64,000 nt of DNA from Bryobacterales bacterium. Its GTDB lineage: Bacteria > Acidobacteriota > Terriglobia > Bryobacterales > UBA6623. Positions 59,232-64,000 of the stretch are shown piece after piece. The stretch covers positions 1,152,001 through 1,216,000 of the forward strand of contig OY729428.2 in the NCBI GenBank assembly GCA_963422375.2. The letters run 5' to 3'. The position numbers and the translations under genes were made by a program. The notes below the pieces were generated by a model. That model was given only the letters and a program-made list of their open reading frames with translations. It was not told the DNA's origin and did no database searches. Position 1 is the first letter of the stretch. Each line of letters opens with the position of its first letter.

Positions 59232-60662
59232 CTACCACGCTCCGATGAGCTTCCACCAAAGCGTTCCGACCGAGCACCACACGGCCACGTTCCACACCCC
59301 GACCAGGAATCCGGCCAGCCACCACTGCTGGAACGTGGCGTACTCCTGCGCGAAGTAGATCGGCGAGGGCACCGTGCCGTAGTGCGTCAGGCCGGCCGAG
59401 AGGTTCGCGAGGCTCACCAGCAGCAGCACGGTCAGCCCGACCGGGGCCCCTTCGTCGCGGAGCATCAGCAGGAACACCGGGAACAGCGTCAGGAAATGCA
59501 TGGTGATGCTGGCCAGGCCGTAATGGGCGAAGTAGTAGACCGGCACGGCGATCGCGAGCATGGGAAGCCAGGGCAGGTCGCCGAGCGCCGCCCCGATGCT
59601 GGCGGTCAGCGCGGCCGGCACGCCGGCCGCGCTGAGTTCCCGGCCGAGAGTGATCACGCAGGCGTACCAGACCATGATGTCCCAGACCCCGTGCTGCCGG
59701 ACCACGTCGCGCCATGGCAGGACCCCGCAGAGGACGAGGACGGACGCCCCCGAGATCGACGCCAGCGCGACGGGAACGGAATGCAGGCCGGCCGTGACCC
59801 ACAGCCCGCACATGACCGCCACGGTCGCGACCGTGAGCCACTCGCCGCGCCCCAGCCGGCCCAGCCCGCGCAGCTCCTCGCCGGCGAATTCCTTCGCCTG
59901 CTGCGTCTGGCGGACTTCGGGCGGCAGGGCCTTGGAGACGATCCAGACGAGGCCCGCGACGCTGACAATGCCCGGAACGATGCCGGCGAGGGCCCAGCTC
60001 GCCCAGTTCATCTCGTATCCCGCGAGGGACTGCGCGAGCTCGACGGCGATGAAGTTGCCCGCCTGGCCGGTCAGGAACATGGCGCCCGCGACGATGTCGC
60101 CTTGGTAGACAGCCACGAGCAGGAAGGTGCCGAGCCGGCCGGCGGTTCGGCCGGGGCGCGATCCGAGGAGCTCGGACACGCTGCGGGCGACGGGCATGAC
60201 GACCCCCGCCGAGCGCGAGGTGTTGGACGGGATCATCGTGGCGAGAGTCAGGTCGCTCAGGATCAGCGCGCAGGCGACGCCCGTCGGGTTGCCGCCAAGC
60301 GAGCGCACGAAGAACAAGGCCACGCGCCTCGCCAGCGCCGTCTCGATCAGCACGTGCGCGATCAGCAGGGCCCCGACCACCAGCCAGACCGCGGGCACGG
60401 CGAAGCCCGCCAGAGCCTGCTCGACGGTCAGCGACCCGCACCAGACCGCCGCCAGGATCGCCAGGAAGGGCACGGCGCCCCCGGACAGCGGGCGCAGGAC
60501 CAAGCCGGCGATGGCCGCCGCGAAAACGGCGAGCAACCGCCAGCCCTCGTCAGCGACCGCCTCCGGGCGGGGCGCGAGCCAGTACACCGCGAACCCGATG
60601 GCGGCGACCGCCGCTAGGCGGCGGAAATCCGGGTTCCCGGTCGCTGTCGGGGTGTCGGGCAT
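59232..60662 (-). CDS. DASS-family anion transporter (CitT/DiT-like)
   Basis: ETALARRVA, IPSNTSRSAGV, MFLTGQAGN, LTHYGT.PSPIYF, WWKLIG. Confidence 0.92.
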   Translation of the reverse strand: MPDTPTATGNPDFRRLAAVAAIGFAVYWLAPRPEAVADEGWRLLAVFAAAIAGLVLRPLSGGAVPFLAILAAVWCGSLTVEQALAGFAVPAVWLVVGALLIAHVLIETALARRVALFFVRSLGGNPTGVACALILSDLTLATMIPSNTSRSAGVVMPVARSVSELLGSRPGRTAGRLGTFLLVAVYQGDIVAGAMFLTGQAGNFIAVELAQSLAGYEMNWASWALAGIVPGIVSVAGLVWIVSKALPPEVRQTQQAKEFAGEELRGLGRLGRGEWLTVATVAVMCGLWVTAGLHSVPVALASISGASVLVLCGVLPWRDVVRQHGVWDIMVWYACVITLGRELSAAGVPAALTASIGAALGDLPWLPMLAIAVPVYYFAHYGLASITMHFLTLFPVFLLMLRDEGAPVGLTVLLLVSLANLSAGLTHYGTVPSPIYFAQEYATFQQWWLAGFLVGVWNVAVWCSVGTLWWKLIGAW

Positions 60663-60722
60663 GGGCGCGGCGCGTTCCTCGCGCGGACCGGGAGCGCGGC
60701 TGCTGACGGCGGGAGGCGCCCG

Positions 60723-61892
60723 TCAAACCACCGCCAGTCCCTCGGCGTCCCAGCCGACCTTCCGGGCCTCGCGAATCGAGATATTCGCGAGCTGGACAAT
60801 CAGCGCCGCCTGGAAGCCCTGCTCGACAGTGGCTCGAGGCGTCTCCCGCGTGCGGACGCAGTGCAGGAAATTCATGACGTGGTCGATCGTAGCCTGGGCG
60901 AAGCCGCCCGGCTGCTCCTTCGCGAACGAGGCCGTCTCGGGCGCGTCGCGATCGTGGATTCGCAGGAACTCCCGCCCGATATCCATGCGCGCGAGCGAAC
61001 CGTCGTAGGCGTTGAGCTGGTCGGCCCGCATTGCGTAGCGCATCGCGCTGTAGTTGATCGTGAAGACCGCGAGGAAGTCGCCGGGGTACTCGGCGGCCAC
61101 GACAACCGATTCGGGCAGGTCCATGCCCTCCACGTACGGCCGCAGGGCGACCGCGTTGACCGAAACCGGGTAGCCCGCGTCCATGATCAGGTGGATGGAG
61201 TCGAAGATGTGGCAGCCTTGGTCCTGCGCGATGCCCCCGGAGTAAGCGGACAGGCTGCGCCAGTTGAAGAAGACCAGCGGATCCTTCGAAATCTCCGGCG
61301 CCGGGCCGAGCCAGGCGTTCCAGTCGATCGGCCCGGCGAACGGCGACCGTCTCGGCTCCGTCCTCGAGTTGAGCCAATAGGTGCGCACCATGCGCACGGT
61401 GCCGAGCCTGCCGTCGCGCAGCATGTCGCGCGCCTCCAAGTACAGGTTGTAGCTGCGTCGCTGCATCCCGACCTGAACGATGCGGTCCGAGGCGCGCTGC
61501 GCGTCGACGAGCTCCCTGCCCTCCTCGGGCGTGTGGCACAGGGGCTTCTCCACGTAGACGTCCTTGCCCGCGGCCATCGCGTCCAGCGTCATGCGATGGT
61601 GCCAGTGCTCCGGCGTGGCGATCAGCACGGCGTCGACGTCCCGGTCGTCCAGGACCTCCCGGTAGTCGCGGAACGCCCGCGTGCCCGGCCCGGCGGCCGA
61701 GAGCCCCTGCTCGAGGTTCGGCTCGTACACGTCGCAGACACCGTGGACCTTGAGGCCCGGGTCGCGCTTGAACTCGGACATGACGCGCCGGCCGCGCCCG
61801 CCCGCGCCGATCAGGGCTAGCCGCACGCTCTCGCCGGGCGACTGGGCCAGCGCGGCGCCGGCCGAGGACAGGAAGAAGACGCGCCGGTCCAT
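60723..61892 (-). CDS. Gfo/Idh/MocA-family oxidoreductase with short TAT-like leader
   Basis: MDRRVFFL; LIGAGGRG, IATPEHWH, GKDVYVEKP, QVGMQRRS, DQGCHIFD. Confidence 0.93.
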   Translation of the reverse strand: MDRRVFFLSSAGAALAQSPGESVRLALIGAGGRGRRVMSEFKRDPGLKVHGVCDVYEPNLEQGLSAAGPGTRAFRDYREVLDDRDVDAVLIATPEHWHHRMTLDAMAAGKDVYVEKPLCHTPEEGRELVDAQRASDRIVQVGMQRRSYNLYLEARDMLRDGRLGTVRMVRTYWLNSRTEPRRSPFAGPIDWNAWLGPAPEISKDPLVFFNWRSLSAYSGGIAQDQGCHIFDSIHLIMDAGYPVSVNAVALRPYVEGMDLPESVVVAAEYPGDFLAVFTINYSAMRYAMRADQLNAYDGSLARMDIGREFLRIHDRDAPETASFAKEQPGGFAQATIDHVMNFLHCVRTRETPRATVEQGFQAALIVQLANISIREARKVGWDAEGLAVV

Positions 61893-62072
61893 CGCAGCGA
61901 AGATTCTCGCACACCGGCCGACCGCCGCCGACCGCGCTCGCGAATCCGGCTCGCGAGGGGCCCTCGGCCCCGGACGGAGCCCGCCGAATTCGCGACGCCT
62001 AATACACTGTTGGCGTCTCGCCACTCGGTCCGCTCCGCGGCGGAACCGACTTCCGCTGGTGAAGCCAAGCGC

Positions 62073-63818
62073 ATGCTCACCAAGGTCACGGTCCGGAACT
62101 TCAAGCGATTCGATCTGGTCGAGGTGGAGCTGGGCAATCCCGTCGTCTTTCTCGGCCCGAATAACTCGGGCAAATCGACCGTGATGCAGGCGCTTTCCCT
62201 GTGGGAGACCGGCCTCAAGCGCTGGACCGAGAAGCGCGCGCATGCCAAGAACGCCGAAACGCGCCCTGGGGTGACCCTGAACCGCCGGGATCTCGTCTCG
62301 GTCCCGGCCGCGCGAGCGAACCTGCTGTGGAAGAACCTGAGGGTCCGCCAAGCCAGCCATGTTGGCGGGCGCCAGTCCACCGCCAACATCCGCATCGAAA
62401 TCCTCGTCGAGGGAAGGGCGCTCGGGACGGGGTGGTCCTGCGGGCTCGAGTTCGACTACGCGAACGAGGAGTCGTTCTACTGCCGACCGCTGCGAACCGG
62501 AGAGGGACCGGAACCGGCCCGCATGCCGGTGCCCGAGGAGGCCGGTGCGGTGCGCACGGCGTTCCTCGCCCCGATCACGGGGCTCGCACAATCCGAGACG
62601 CTCCTCGCGCCCGGCGCGGTCGATGTGCGGATCGGCCAGGGCCGCATCGACGAAGTGCTGCGCAACCTGTGCTTTCACGTCTTCGAGAGCGATCCGGAGA
62701 GTTGGGACTCCGTGGTCGAGCGGGTCCGCGCCATCTTCGGCGTCGCGCTCGACGCGCCGCTCTTCCTGCCGCAGCGAGGCGAGATCACGATGTCATTCCG
62801 CGAAGCCGGCTGCCGCCTCGACATCTCGTCGGCGGGCCGGGGGCTGCACCAGACGCTCCTGCTCCTAGCGTTCATGCATGCGCGTCCGGGGTCCGTCCTG
62901 CTGCTCGACGAACCGGACGCGCACCTGGAGCCGCTGCGCCAGCGCCAGGCCTACAGAACCGTCCGGGAGGTCGCCGGCGACTGCGGCTGCCAGCTGATCA
63001 TGGCGACGCATTCGGAGGTGCTGCTGAACGAAGCCGCCGACCAAGATCTCGCGCTGGCCTTCGTGGGCAAGCCGCATCGGATCGGCAGGGAATACCGCGA
63101 GCGGGTTTCCCAAGCGCTGCGCGAGATCGGCTTCGAGCACTACCTGCAAGCCGAGCAGACGGGCTGGGTGCTCTATCTGCGCAGCCCGGCCGAGCTCAGC
63201 GCGCTGCAGGCGCTGGCCAGGCGCATCGGTCACGACGAAGCGGCCGCGGCACTCCAGCGGCCGTTCGTACACTACGTTGCCGACTCCCGCGACGCAGTCG
63301 AGCGCCACTTCCAGTCGCTGGTCGGGGTCCTCCCCTCCGTGCGAGGACTGGCGATTCTGGGCGGCCCGCCCGGAGGCGCCGACCGCGAGGGGGCGCTGCC
63401 GGGCCTGACCGACCTCTGGTGGCTTCGCGGCGGGATCGGGGCATACGTCTGCACGAGGTCGGCGCTCGAGTCGTACGCCCTCCGCGAAGGGCGCAAGGAA
63501 GCGGCCGGCCCGCTGTTCGCCGCGGACCAGTCGGAGCGCCGTCTCGCTGCCATGCGGGAGGCGATCAGCGAATCGGGTCCGGCGCTGGAAGTCGAGCGGG
63601 ATTCAACGGGGGCCGCGGCGGACATGCTGGGCACCGTGTTCCGGGTGTACCGCTCGCGATTGCGTGAGGACGAGCGGAGTCCGGCACCGGACGCCTGGGA
63701 TCTCGTAGAGGATCTTCCCGCGACGGAGATCGACGACGAGATCCTCGAGAAGCTGGACGCGGTCGCGACGTTCGCCGCGAGCGCCCCCGGCAGTCCCCGG
63801 GGTGCGAGCGGTCCCTGA
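62073..63818 (+). CDS. ABC/SMC-like (OLD-type) AAA ATPase with degenerate C-terminal TOPRIM-like region
   Basis: VRNFKRF, GPNNSGKS, SSAGRG signature, LLLDEPDAHL, MATHS. Confidence 0.85.
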   Translation: MLTKVTVRNFKRFDLVEVELGNPVVFLGPNNSGKSTVMQALSLWETGLKRWTEKRAHAKNAETRPGVTLNRRDLVSVPAARANLLWKNLRVRQASHVGGRQSTANIRIEILVEGRALGTGWSCGLEFDYANEESFYCRPLRTGEGPEPARMPVPEEAGAVRTAFLAPITGLAQSETLLAPGAVDVRIGQGRIDEVLRNLCFHVFESDPESWDSVVERVRAIFGVALDAPLFLPQRGEITMSFREAGCRLDISSAGRGLHQTLLLLAFMHARPGSVLLLDEPDAHLEPLRQRQAYRTVREVAGDCGCQLIMATHSEVLLNEAADQDLALAFVGKPHRIGREYRERVSQALREIGFEHYLQAEQTGWVLYLRSPAELSALQALARRIGHDEAAAALQRPFVHYVADSRDAVERHFQSLVGVLPSVRGLAILGGPPGGADREGALPGLTDLWWLRGGIGAYVCTRSALESYALREGRKEAAGPLFAADQSERRLAAMREAISESGPALEVERDSTGAAADMLGTVFRVYRSRLREDERSPAPDAWDLVEDLPATEIDDEILEKLDAVATFAASAPGSPRGASGP

Positions 63819-63832
63819 CCGCGGCCCGAAGA

Positions 63833-64000
63833 CTAGCTTTCGCTCGGATCTCGCCGGCGAACCGCCTGCTCAATGCGCGCCCGCGCCTTCGGGCTGAGCC
63901 TAGGCATGCCTAGGTTCCGCGCGATCTCGGCGACATTTCCGCGCGCCTTCAAGGCACTGTCGATCGCCAGAATCTCTTCCGGCGCGATGTGCTCGACCTT
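63833..64000 (-). CDS. 3' end of a gene entering from beyond the window (possibly a DUF3320-type helicase tail)
   Basis: 56 open codons: KVEHIAPEEILAIDSALKARGNVAEIARNLGMPRLSPKARARIEQAVRRRDPSES*. Confidence 0.45.
   Translation of the reverse strand, partial: KVEHIAPEEILAIDSALKARGNVAEIARNLGMPRLSPKARARIEQAVRRRDPSES

Noticed and set aside
1..64000. Many long alternative-frame and antisense ORFs (e.g. 8238-10646, 53290-56277, 56596-59145, 30849-32462)
   Set aside because: Arg/Pro/Gly-rich shadows of real high-GC genes with no recognisable motifs.

Overview
High-GC bacterial window whose gene content suggests an Acidobacteria-like genome, possibly a marine-invertebrate (sponge) symbiont; this is inference from DUF1549/1553-DUF1501 pairs, three CRTAC1/ASPIC-UnbV proteins, an Oar-type TonB-dependent receptor, an ankyrin protein and many decayed IS and methyltransferase genes. 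1-18.8 kb: secreted-protein clusters, including a 1060-aa cytochrome/DUF158x-like protein that seems to carry circularly permuted PKD and golvesin-like modules, an atypical DUF1501, a heptaheme cytochrome, TPR and CRTAC1 genes, plus a cis-CaaD-like tautomerase pair and a small MITE-like element truncating a C5-methyltransferase. 18.8-29 kb: a decayed mobile island whose core is two inverted DUF1156 methyltransferase copies. They share a ~1.5 kb near-identical 5' arm and a 201-bp identical 3' block but differ in the ~0.7 kb between, and they flank two divergent VapC-type toxin-antitoxin pairs and a dead tyrosine recombinase. This is the best candidate for a novel system (an invertible methyltransferase-specificity switch), although assembly artefact is not excluded. 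29-64 kb: TBDR, Dam pseudogene, TAT-type SelA-like enzyme, truncated globin, tesA/ybbA, ffs-dnaX-ybaB-recR, haloalkane dehalogenase-like hydrolase, sulfatase, an IS1595 copy deleting a DUF1828 gene pair, actP/yjcH, the CP-ATP-grasp/alpha-E/Anbu/transglutaminase operon, transporters, and an OLD-like ATPase with an apparently inactivated nuclease domain. All family assignments come from motif recognition by eye, not from database searches. No CRISPR array, rRNA or tRNA was seen.
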